Assembly: GCF_051549785.1 (NCBI RefSeq)
Contig: NZ_CP189974.1
Location: 911,231 to 943,230 of the forward strand
DNA: 32,000 nucleotides
Reading direction: 5' to 3'
Source of the DNA: Candidatus Caldatribacterium sp. SIUC1
GTDB taxonomy: Bacteria; Atribacterota; Atribacteria; Atribacterales; Caldatribacteriaceae
Position numbers and translations under genes: made by a program
Shown: positions 19,503 through 27,000 of the stretch, in pieces
Numbering within the stretch: position 1 is the stretch's first letter
How the letters are laid out: each line of letters opens with the position of its first letter
The notes under the pieces: generated by a model
Databases searched by the model: none
Told to the model about the DNA's origin: nothing
What the model saw: only the letters and a program-made list of their open reading frames with translations

Positions 19503-19740
19503 GGTCCTTCTTCTCCATTTCCCTGCTTGCCTTCATGAGGGCCTCATAGAGATTGTAGAATCCGAAAAGTGCCCCGAGGGCAAGCAGCGACAGGGTCCAG
19601 GAAAACCCCAGGGGGTGCTTTCGGTCAAGGTACTGCCCCAGAAAAAGCCCCAAAAGCATGGGAGCCACCGTTACCCATGCCAGGTCCCAAACCTCTCCAA
19701 GAGCTCTCCACAGATTTCCGTCGTCGAATTTCCCCTTCAC
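19483..19740 (-). CDS. atpZ: AtpZ/AtpI-family small membrane protein (putative F0F1-ATPase gene-1 family)
   Basis: 85 aa with a GTG start. WVTVAPMLLGLFLGQYLDRKHPLGFSWTLSLLALGALFGFYNLYEAL matches the conserved G-x-x-LD...P-W...G...G...N pattern of that family. It is the first gene of the operon. Confidence 0.7.
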   Translation of the reverse strand: MKGKFDDGNLWRALGEVWDLAWVTVAPMLLGLFLGQYLDRKHPLGFSWTLSLLALGALFGFYNLYEALMKASREMEKKDHGKNRS

Positions 19741-19797
19741 GAAGGTATTATACGACGGAAAAAGAAAAAAGAGGTGGTGAAAATGTGGTGGGGATAC

Positions 19798-19826
19798 TTG
19801 AAAAAGGTGGCTCCGCCGAGTATATT
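19798..19826 (+). promoter_or_regulatory. Promoter of tRNA-Gly: TTGAAA-17 nt-TATATT
   Basis: TTGAAA at 19798..19803, a 17-nt spacer, and TATATT at 19821..19826. The predicted start is about 6 nt before the mature tRNA 5' end (19840). Confidence 0.6.
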
Positions 19827-19839
19827 ATATAGACGAGGA

Positions 19840-19914
19840 GCGGAAATAGCTCAGGGGTAGAGCATCGGCTTCCCAAGCCGAGGGCCGCGGGTTCGAATCC
19901 CGTTTTCCGCTCCA
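19840..19914 (+). tRNA. tRNA-Gly (anticodon CCC), CCA encoded
   Basis: Acceptor GCGGAAA/TTTCCGC, D arm GCTC-AGGGGTA-GAGC, anticodon stem TCGGC/GCCGA with loop TTCCCAA. T arm GCGGG-TTCGAAT-CCCGT, discriminator T, then CCA. Confidence 0.95.
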
Positions 19915-20023
19915 GGTATTTTTTTCTCCCCTTTTCCCTCCAGAGGTTCGGGCCTTCAGGGGCATGTCCTGTGAAGGTGTCGCCGTTTGTGGAACCTGCC
20001 GGGAGGCTCTCAGGGAAATTGGT

Positions 20024-20052
20024 TTGCAATTCCCCCCGGATTCCGGTAAAAT
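20024..20052 (+). promoter_or_regulatory. Candidate nusA operon promoter: TTGCAA-17 nt-TAAAAT
   Basis: TTGCAA at 20024..20029, an exact 17-nt spacer, and TAAAAT at 20047..20052. This lies about 70 nt upstream of the nusA ATG 20125. Confidence 0.55.
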
Positions 20053-20064
20053 TATGGTATCGTC

Positions 20065-20100
20065 GACAAAGAGTGGGGTCTGTCCCACTCTTTGTCATTT
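20065..20100 (+). promoter_or_regulatory. Leader hairpin / candidate attenuator upstream of nusA
   Basis: Perfect 13-bp stem GACAAAGAGTGGG/CCCACTCTTTGTC with a 6-nt loop, followed by an imperfect U-tract ATTTAT. It lies between the predicted promoter and the nusA RBS. Confidence 0.5.
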
Positions 20101-20124
20101 ATGGTCGCTTTTCCAGGGGGGCTT

Positions 20125-21171
20125 ATGAGTAAAGACATTCTGGCGGTTATCGAACAGATTGAAAAGACAAAGGGTATCCCGCGAGATACCCTGAAACAGG
20201 CCATTGAAGCGGCACTGCTTTCTGCGTACCGGAAGAACTTCAGGAGTTCCCACAAGGGAGTCTCCGTGGTTCTTGACCCTCAGTCGGGAGAAATCAAGGT
20301 TCTGGCGCGCAAAATGGTGGTGGAGAAGCTGCGGGACTCCACTACAGAGATTCTGAAAGAAGAAGCGGAACGCCTGGGCTTCCGAGCCGATGTAGGAGAG
20401 TGGATTGAAATCGAAGTAACCCCCCGGGACTTTGGGCGGATTGCCGCCCAGACGGCCAAGCAGGTTATCGTGCAACGGCTCCGGGAAGCGGAGCGAGACA
20501 GAATCTACGAAGAGTTCTCAGAGAAAGAGGGAGAGGTCATCACCGGGGTTGTGGTTCGGCGGGAGGGGAAGAACGTCATTGTGGATCTCGGGAAAACCGA
20601 AGGAATCCTCCCCCCTGATGAGCAGGTGAGCACCGAGGAGTACCGTCCCGGGAGCCGGATGAAGTTCTTCATCGTTGAGGTGAAGAAGACCACCAAGGGT
20701 CCACGGATTATTCTTTCCCGGACTCATCCGGGGCTGGTGCGACGGCTCCTTGAACTTGAGGTTCCTGAGGTTCATGAAGGATGGGTGGATATCAAAGCCA
20801 TCACCCGTGAGCCTGGAGTGCGGACAAAGGTCGCGGTGGAGAGTCGCAACGAAAAGATTGACCCCGTGGGTGCCTGCATCGGCAACCGGGGGGTCAGGGT
20901 GAAGAACATCACCGATGAGCTCCGGGGGGAGAAAGTGGACATCATCCGCTGGAGCAATGACCCCGAGGTACTCATCAAGGAAGCCCTGAGCCCGGCCCAG
21001 GTGCTTGAGGTGAAACTCGACGAGGAAACGAGAACCGCTCAGGTGATCGTCCCTGACGACCAGCTTTCTCTTGCCATTGGAAGGGATGGCCAGAATGTCC
21101 GTCTGGCGGCACGGCTCAGCGGCTGGAGGATTGACATCAGGGGGAGCGGGAAAAAAGAGGAAGAACAATGA
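20125..21171 (+). CDS. nusA: Transcription termination/antitermination factor NusA (no C-terminal AR domains)
   Basis: MSKDILAVIEQIEKTKGIPRDTLKQAIEAALLSAY (N-terminal domain), an S1 domain (GEVITGVVVRREGKNVIVDLG), and KH domains (ACIGNRGVRVKNITDEL; LAIGRDGQNVRLAARLSGWRIDI). Confidence 0.95.
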   Translation: MSKDILAVIEQIEKTKGIPRDTLKQAIEAALLSAYRKNFRSSHKGVSVVLDPQSGEIKVLARKMVVEKLRDSTTEILKEEAERLGFRADVGEWIEIEVTPRDFGRIAAQTAKQVIVQRLREAERDRIYEEFSEKEGEVITGVVVRREGKNVIVDLGKTEGILPPDEQVSTEEYRPGSRMKFFIVEVKKTTKGPRIILSRTHPGLVRRLLELEVPEVHEGWVDIKAITREPGVRTKVAVESRNEKIDPVGACIGNRGVRVKNITDELRGEKVDIIRWSNDPEVLIKEALSPAQVLEVKLDEETRTAQVIVPDDQLSLAIGRDGQNVRLAARLSGWRIDIRGSGKKEEEQ

Positions 21172-21473
21172 AGAAGGTTCCCATACGCATGTGCTTGAGT
21201 TGCCGGGAGAGGAAAGAAAAGAAATTCCTGGTTCGTGTGGTGCGGACCCTTCAGGGGACGCTTGAGGTTGACCCGACAGGGAAGAGAGCAGGAAGAGGGG
21301 CGTACGTGTGCCCGGTTCCGGAGTGCGTGGAGCGCCTGGATCGCAAGAGTCTCTCTTTTGCTTTTCGTATGGAAGTGAGTGAGAAAGAAGCGTTATCTCT
21401 CAAAGAGGCTTTGCGGGCGTACCTTGGGGGACAGGCAAAGGAGGTTCGGCATGACAAAGGTCAGAGTGTATAA
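21168..21473 (+). CDS. ylxR: YlxR/RnpM family (DUF448) RNA-binding protein
   Basis: [21 protein letters not shown]...GRGAYVC is the family signature. The start forms an ATGA overlap with nusA, and the gene overlaps the infB start by 23 nt. Confidence 0.85.
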   Translation: MKKVPIRMCLSCRERKEKKFLVRVVRTLQGTLEVDPTGKRAGRGAYVCPVPECVERLDRKSLSFAFRMEVSEKEALSLKEALRAYLGGQAKEVRHDKGQSV

Positions 21474-23379
21474 GGTCGCTGAACGGCTGGGGATGCCAAC
21501 CCATGAGGTCATGGATATGCTCAGAGAACTCGGAGCGGACATCAAGAACCACATGAGCAGTATCGACGAAGACCTTGTGGAACTTCTGGAAGAGGAAATC
21601 GAGTTCCGTCGGAGGAAAGAGGAAGAACTTCGGAAGAAACGGGAGAAAACCGTCGTTCTCGAAAATCCCCCCACCCTGCGGGAACTTGCACGGCTTCTCG
21701 GGGAGGAGGAAACCGAGGTCCTGCTCCGTCTTGCCGATCTCAACGTTATCCCCCACGGCAAGAAGCCTCTCCCACCGCTTGTGGTGGAACGCCTGCTCCG
21801 GGAGAAAGGTTTCGAGGTGGAGTGGAAGGGAAACCTCCGCGAGGAGGTGCTCAAGAGTCTTGAGGTGGAGAGGCTCCCCCGTCCTCCTGTGGTGACCATC
21901 CTCGGCCATGTCGACCACGGGAAAACGACGCTCCTTGACGCCATCCGTCGTTCAAGGGTTGCGGAATCAGAGTACGGTGGCATCACGCAGAAGATTGGCG
22001 CCTATCAGGTGGATGTGGGAGGACGGAAGATCACCTTCATCGATACGCCGGGTCATGAAGCCTTCACCACCATGCGGGCTCGAGGGGCACAGGTCACCGA
22101 TATCGCAGTTCTTGTTGTGGCTGCTGATGATGGCGTCATGCCCCAGACGGTTGAGGCCATCCAGCACGCTAAAGCTGCCGATGTCCCTATTCTTGTGGCC
22201 ATCAACAAAATCGACAAACCGGGGGCAAATCCCGAGAAGGTGAAGCAGCAACTTGCTGAGCACGGTCTCATTCCTGAGGAATGGGGTGGAGAGACCATCT
22301 GCGTGGCCATCTCAGCCCTCCAGCGGAAGGGCATTCAGGACCTCCTGGATATGATTCTCCTCCAGGCAGATCTTCTGGAACTTCGGGCAAGATACGCAGG
22401 CCCAGCTGTGGGGGTCATCATCGAATCACGCCTTGACCGGGGGAAGGGGCCAGTGGCCACGGTGATCGTCCAGGAGGGGACGCTCCGGGTTGGAGACTTC
22501 TTCGTTGCCGGGACGACCTGGGGGAGGGTGCGTTCGCTCTTTGATGACCTAGGGAAGTCCATTAAGGAAGCTCCTCCTGCCACTCCGGTGGAGGTCGTAG
22601 GCTTTGCCGAGCTTCCCCCTGCAGGAACGAAACTCGTTGTGGTTGAAGAGGAGAAAACGGCCACTGTTGTTGCCGAGCGACGGAAGGAGCGAGAACGCGA
22701 GCGGGCCCTTCGGGAGGCAGGAAACCGTGTCGTTTCCCTTGAAGAGCTCCTGGCCCCTGAAGAGGGGAAGGTCAAGGAACTGCACCTTGTGCTCAAGGCC
22801 GACTACCAGGGGTCTCTCGAGGCCCTGGAACGGGCGATATCCCAGCTTGGGGATGAGCGGGTCAACATCAACGTCGTGTTTCGGGGAGTCGGCAACATCA
22901 GTGAAGCCGATGTCATGCTGGCCTCGGCCTCATCAGGAGTGGTGATCGGGTTCAACGTCAAGCTTCCTAATGAGGTGGCCAAGGTCGCCAAGCAGGAGGG
23001 AGTGGAAGTACGTCTTTACCGGATTATCTACGATGTGGTGGAGGACATGAAACGGGCCATTCAGGGTCTTGTTGAACCCCGAAAGGTTGAGGAAGTCATC
23101 GGCAGAGCCGAGGTCCGGGCACTTTTCAAAGTCCCCCGGGTGGGGATTGTGGCAGGGTGCTATGTCCTTGAGGGGAAGATAGACCGAAACGCCTTCGTGC
23201 GGGTTCTGCGCAGGGGAGAGGTGCTCCAGGAAAAGGTCCGCATTGCCTCCCTGAAGCGTTTCAAAGATGACGTTCGGGAAGTAGCCCAGGGGTACGAGTG
23301 TGGCATAGCGCTTGAGGGTTTCGAGGGCTTTGCAGAAGGCGATGTTTTCGAAGCGTATGTGGTGAAGGAAGAGCGATGA
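21451..23379 (+). CDS. infB: Translation initiation factor IF-2 (short N-terminal region)
   Basis: ATG 21451 is preceded by AAAGGAGG. G domain: [29 protein letters not shown]. The C-terminal domains are conserved through the end (ECGIALEGF...GDVFEAY). Confidence 0.97.
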   Translation: MTKVRVYKVAERLGMPTHEVMDMLRELGADIKNHMSSIDEDLVELLEEEIEFRRRKEEELRKKREKTVVLENPPTLRELARLLGEEETEVLLRLADLNVIPHGKKPLPPLVVERLLREKGFEVEWKGNLREEVLKSLEVERLPRPPVVTILGHVDHGKTTLLDAIRRSRVAESEYGGITQKIGAYQVDVGGRKITFIDTPGHEAFTTMRARGAQVTDIAVLVVAADDGVMPQTVEAIQHAKAADVPILVAINKIDKPGANPEKVKQQLAEHGLIPEEWGGETICVAISALQRKGIQDLLDMILLQADLLELRARYAGPAVGVIIESRLDRGKGPVATVIVQEGTLRVGDFFVAGTTWGRVRSLFDDLGKSIKEAPPATPVEVVGFAELPPAGTKLVVVEEEKTATVVAERRKERERERALREAGNRVVSLEELLAPEEGKVKELHLVLKADYQGSLEALERAISQLGDERVNINVVFRGVGNISEADVMLASASSGVVIGFNVKLPNEVAKVAKQEGVEVRLYRIIYDVVEDMKRAIQGLVEPRKVEEVIGRAEVRALFKVPRVGIVAGCYVLEGKIDRNAFVRVLRRGEVLQEKVRIASLKRFKDDVREVAQGYECGIALEGFEGFAEGDVFEAYVVKEER

Positions 23380-23657
23380 GGGTTGGAGTGTGCCGTGTGG
23401 AGCTCTTCATCAACGGGAGTTCTTCGCTGAAGGACCGAAGGCGTGTGGTGGACTCGGTGAAGCAGCGCCTCCGGAATCGCTTCAACGTGTCGGTGGCCGA
23501 GCTCTCTGAGGATTCCCAGTGGCAGAGGGGGAGCCTTGGGATTTCCTGTGTGGCACGGGATGCACAGTCGGTGGAGTCCCTGCTCCACCAGGTGCTCGAG
23601 TTCATCGAGAACGACGACCGGGTGGAAGTCACCGACTGGCTTTTTGAAATCTACTGA
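23376..23657 (+). CDS. ylxP: DUF503 (YlxP-like) protein
   Basis: 93 aa: [42 protein letters not shown]... is the typical DUF503 pattern. It occupies the conserved position between infB and rbfA, with an ATGA overlap with infB. Confidence 0.8.
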   Translation: MRVGVCRVELFINGSSSLKDRRRVVDSVKQRLRNRFNVSVAELSEDSQWQRGSLGISCVARDAQSVESLLHQVLEFIENDDRVEVTDWLFEIY

Positions 23658-23667
23658 GGTTACCGCC

Positions 23668-24015
23668 ATGAAAGAACAGAGGCCCCTCCGGGTGGCTGAA
23701 CTGATCAAGAGAGAGGTATCCCGGATTCTCCTTTCCGAGGTTGAGGACCCGCGTCTTCGAGGGTTCACCATCACCCGGGTTGAGATGTCTCCGGACCTCA
23801 AACAGGCCAAAATTTTCGTGGGCTTTCTGGGTGAGGCAGAGGAGGGTGAGAAGTACGAGGCCCTGAAGAGGGCGACGAAGTTCATTCGGGGGGTACTGGC
23901 CTCAAGAATTCGCATCAAGTTTATGCCCGAGATCGTCTTCGTGGCCGATCCAACCCTGGAGAAAGCTTTTCAGGTTGTGGAACTCCTGAACCGTCTGGAA
24001 CAGGAGAACCAATGA
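23668..24015 (+). CDS. rbfA: Ribosome-binding factor A
   Basis: 115 aa: RPLRVAELIKREVSRILLSEVEDPRLRGFTITRVEMSPDLKQAKIFV...ALKRATKFIRGVLASRIRIKFMPEIVF. ATG 23668 has GAGGT upstream. Confidence 0.92.
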   Translation: MKEQRPLRVAELIKREVSRILLSEVEDPRLRGFTITRVEMSPDLKQAKIFVGFLGEAEEGEKYEALKRATKFIRGVLASRIRIKFMPEIVFVADPTLEKAFQVVELLNRLEQENQ

Positions 24016-24998
24016 GGGACGAAAAGAAGGAAATCTGCCGGATTTTCTCGGAAGCTTTCTACTTTGTGGTCACCTCGCATCAGAACATTGACGGTGATGG
24101 TCTGGGGTCGGCTCTTGCTCTCTATTTTCTCCTCTGGCGAATGGGGAAGAGGGCAAGGGTCGTCTACGATGGCCGGGTGCCTTACTTCTACCGTTTCCTG
24201 CCTGGATCGGCTCAGGTACTCTCCTTTGAAGCGTTTTCCGCGGAAAAAGAACCTTTTGAAGTCCTGGTGGTTGTGGATTGTTCCAACCCTGCCCGGGTGG
24301 GGAGAGTGGAGGGCTTCCTGAAAGAGGCTCGCTACGTGGTGAATATCGACCACCATCCCGACAACGCCTTCTTTGGTCATGCGAACTTCGTCGTTCCCGG
24401 GTCTCCCGCTTCGGCACTCCTTGTGTACGAACTGGCCCGGGAGCTCCGTGTTCCCCTTGATGCTGATATCGCCACCGGTATCCTGACCGGTGTCGTAACC
24501 GATACCGGAGGGTTCCAGTTCGCCGAGCTCAACCAGAACCTCTTCACCGTTGTTGGGGAACTTGTGGCCTCGGGCGCTTCCCTGAGCACCATCATGCACC
24601 ATGTGTTCCGTTTCCGGCGCCTTGAGGCGCTGAAGCTTCTGAGCCGGGCGCTCCATCGCCTAACTTTTGACCCTGTCTGTGGGTGTGCGTCGACGCACCT
24701 CATGCAGGAGGACTTCAGCGAATGCGGTGCTCAGGAGGAGGACGCCGAGGGTGTCGTGGATTACGGCCTCTACATCCCTGAGGCCAGGGTTTCGGTGTTC
24801 TTTAAGGAAATTGCCCCCAACACCTACAAGGTGAGCCTCCGTTCCCGGGACGACTTTGACGTCCTCCCTGTGGCCCACCACTTTGGGGGTGGAGGACACC
24901 AGAGAGCAGCGGGTTTCAAAATCACGGGTTCTTTCCCTTCGGTGTACCGGGAGGTTCTGGATGTTTTGCGGACCATGGTCCTGGAGTCTTCGAAATAG
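24012..24998 (+). CDS. nrnA: DHH/DHHA1 phosphoesterase, NrnA-type oligoribonuclease/pAp phosphatase
   Basis: Contains the DHH-family motifs HQNIDGDGLGS, VVVDCS, NIDHH and TDTGGF, plus the DHHA1 motif GGGGHQRAAG. The start forms an ATGA overlap with rbfA. Confidence 0.85.
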   Translation: MRDEKKEICRIFSEAFYFVVTSHQNIDGDGLGSALALYFLLWRMGKRARVVYDGRVPYFYRFLPGSAQVLSFEAFSAEKEPFEVLVVVDCSNPARVGRVEGFLKEARYVVNIDHHPDNAFFGHANFVVPGSPASALLVYELARELRVPLDADIATGILTGVVTDTGGFQFAELNQNLFTVVGELVASGASLSTIMHHVFRFRRLEALKLLSRALHRLTFDPVCGCASTHLMQEDFSECGAQEEDAEGVVDYGLYIPEARVSVFFKEIAPNTYKVSLRSRDDFDVLPVAHHFGGGGHQRAAGFKITGSFPSVYREVLDVLRTMVLESSK

Positions 24999-25016
24999 GG
25001 CAAAGGAGCGACGGTC

Positions 25017-25904
25017 ATGCTGGGCGGGGTGCTGAATCTGTACAAGCCTGCCGGGGTGACTTCCCGGGTTCTTGTGGAGCGGGTAGGACGAATACTGAAG
25101 GCCAAAGCGGGTCACACCGGGACCCTTGACCCCTGTGCCCGGGGGGTGATCCTTGTGTGTTTTGGGAAGGCCACGCGTCTTGTGTCCTTCTTCCAGGAGC
25201 TCGATAAGGTCTACCGGGCGCGGTTCCGTTTCGGGATTGCCACGGACACCTATGACGTGAAGGGGAAAATCACCGCGGTTTCTTCGGGGAAGCTCAGAGA
25301 AGAGGACCTGCTTCGGGTGCTTGGTGATTTCCGGGGAACCTTCGTCCAGGAGGTTCCGCCGTTTTCGGCATGCAAGTATCGCGGACGTCCGCTCTACCAG
25401 TATGCTCGCCGGGGGGAACACATCACGCTCAGGCGGGAGGTTACCGTTTACCAACTGGAGCTCCTCTCCTGCCTCGAAGGAGAATTTGGGGAAGCGGAGT
25501 TCCTCATCCACTGCTCCGGGGGTACGTACGTGCGAAGCCTTGCCCATGAGCTTGGGCAGCGACTCGGCCTTGGGGCCTATGTGGCTGCCCTTGTCCGGGA
25601 GAGAGTGGGTCAGTTCCGGATTGAGGAGAGCATCGACGTCATGCAGAAGGGTATCGGAAGGGATTTCCTCCTTGAGCGGTCGCTTCCGCCAGAAAAAGCC
25701 CTGTACTTCCTCGATGCGGTGGAGGTGGGTGAGGAAGAGGCCAGGTGCTTCCTCCACGGGACTCCTTTCCCATCGCCCGTGCCCCTGCAGGCCCCCGGCA
25801 TGGTGAAGGTGCTCCATGGTGGAACGTTCCTCGGGCTGGCTTTCTGGGATTCATTGAGGCTCCTCCCCAGAGTTGTTCTTGCCGAGTCCTGCCATGTTGC
25901 TTGA
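25017..25904 (+). CDS. truB: tRNA pseudouridine(55) synthase
   Basis: GVLNLYKPAGVTS...GHTGTLDPCARGVILVCFGKATRL contains the catalytic Asp motif. YSACKYRGRPLY-type and GTYVRSLAHELG blocks are also present. Confidence 0.95.
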   Translation: MLGGVLNLYKPAGVTSRVLVERVGRILKAKAGHTGTLDPCARGVILVCFGKATRLVSFFQELDKVYRARFRFGIATDTYDVKGKITAVSSGKLREEDLLRVLGDFRGTFVQEVPPFSACKYRGRPLYQYARRGEHITLRREVTVYQLELLSCLEGEFGEAEFLIHCSGGTYVRSLAHELGQRLGLGAYVAALVRERVGQFRIEESIDVMQKGIGRDFLLERSLPPEKALYFLDAVEVGEEEARCFLHGTPFPSPVPLQAPGMVKVLHGGTFLGLAFWDSLRLLPRVVLAESCHVA

Positions 25905-27000
25905 GCGGGGTTGGAAGAGGTTTCCCCAGGAGAGTGTTGTGGCCATCGGGTTTTTTGACGGTTTTCACCGCGGTCACCGCCGGGTTCTGGCTGAGGCTCT
26001 GGCGAGGTCGTCACCGGAGACCCCCCTCTGTGTGGTGACCTTCTACCCTCATCCCCAGAAGGCGCTACTCCCCCGGGAGGGCGTGAAGTACCTGACCTCA
26101 TATGGTGAGAAGTACCTCCTCCTTGAGCACTTCTTCCCCGGGGCCTTCCTGTACTTCCTCCGATTCAACCAGGCTCTTCGGGAAACTGCCCCTCTGGATT
26201 TCCTGAACACGGTGGTGGAGTATTTCCACCCCCGGGCAATCTGTGTGGGCGAGAACTTCCGCTTCGGCTTCGAGCGCCAGGGAGACAGTGTGCTCCTTCG
26301 GGATTTTTTCGCTCCCCGGGGTACGGAGGTTGTGGTGGTTCCCTCATACCGGGTGCAGGGAGAAGTGGTCTCAAGCTCCCGAATTCGGGAACACCTCCTT
26401 GATGGAAGGCTCACCCAGGCGAATGAGCTCCTTGGATTCCCCTTTATGGTTATCGGGAGGGTCCGGAGAGGGCGGAGAATCGGGAGAACCCTGGGTTTCC
26501 CCACTTTGAACCTCCATCCACCCTCGCGGAAACTCCTGCCTCCGCCGGGAGTGTACACCGGGAGGGTCTCCTGGGAGAGCCCGGAGGAAACCTCCTGGAA
26601 CGCCCTTATTTATACCGGGAGCCGGCCAACCTTCCACGATACGCACCGCCGGGTCGTCGAAGTCTTCGTTCCCTCATCCCCTTTCCCAGAGCTCTACGGT
26701 CGGAGAATCTGCGTTACTTTTGAGGAATTCGTGCGGGAAGAGATGGTCTTCTCTTCAGAGGAAGCTCTCAGAAGACAGATTCAGAAAGACCTTGAGGTCT
26801 TTCTCCAGAAAGACCAGTCGGGGCTTTCTGCCCCAAAAGGGGCTGCGCAGGGGCTTCGGGAGCATCGAGGAGAGTATAGCAGGAATTTCACAGATTCGTC
26901 ACAAATTCTTCACAGAGGGCTGCTATACTTCCCTGTAGCGTGCCGGAACTTCTGGGAACCCGGCGTGGTACAATGGGAAAAAAGCCGAAAGGCGGGCTGA
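25894..27000 (+). CDS. ribF: Bifunctional riboflavin kinase / FMN adenylyltransferase, with a roughly 60-codon C-terminal read-through extension
   Basis: FAD synthetase part: VAIGFFDGFHRGHRRVL, VVTFYPHP, GENFRFG. Kinase part: GRRIGRTLGFPTLNL, GVYTG, VEVFV. Homologous sequence ends near ...RRQIQKDLEVFLQK (about 26805), but the frame stays open to TGA 26998..27000. Confidence 0.9.
   Translation: MLLERGWKRFPQESVVAIGFFDGFHRGHRRVLAEALARSSPETPLCVVTFYPHPQKALLPREGVKYLTSYGEKYLLLEHFFPGAFLYFLRFNQALRETAPLDFLNTVVEYFHPRAICVGENFRFGFERQGDSVLLRDFFAPRGTEVVVVPSYRVQGEVVSSSRIREHLLDGRLTQANELLGFPFMVIGRVRRGRRIGRTLGFPTLNLHPPSRKLLPPPGVYTGRVSWESPEETSWNALIYTGSRPTFHDTHRRVVEVFVPSSPFPELYGRRICVTFEEFVREEMVFSSEEALRRQIQKDLEVFLQKDQSGLSAPKGAAQGLREHRGEYSRNFTDSSQILHRGLLYFPVACRNFWEPGVVQWEKSRKAG
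26873..26929 (+). promoter_or_regulatory. Inverted repeat enclosing phased TCACA direct repeats, overlapping a TGcTATACT extended -10-like element
   Basis: AGTATAGCAG (26873..26882) and CTGCTATACT (26920..26929) are perfect reverse complements. Inside them, TCACA occurs at 26888, 26899 and 26910 (11-bp period), with TTCACAGA duplicated at 26887 and 26909. GAATTT/AAATTC forms an inner inverted repeat. Confidence 0.35.

Noticed and set aside
19748-20098. 116-aa and 87-aa minus-strand ORFs between atpZ and nusA (the 87-aa ORF spans 19825..20088)
   Set aside because: They run through the tRNA-Gly gene and its promoter. They have no RBS and a low-complexity composition.
24660-25817. 385-aa ORF on the minus strand, antisense to nrnA/truB
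   Set aside because: Its composition is dominated by R/P/G/H/E runs and it has no recognisable motifs. It lies exactly opposite two strongly conserved genes. Long antisense ORFs are expected in GC-rich DNA because stop codons are depleted.
26945-26973. GGAACTT...GGGAACC sequence resembling an ECF-sigma -35 (GGAAC) upstream of the efflux operon
   Set aside because: No matching ECF-type -10 (for example TCTGA or CGTC) lies at the right spacing. The adjacent element is a housekeeping-type TGgTACAAT. Too little evidence to call it.
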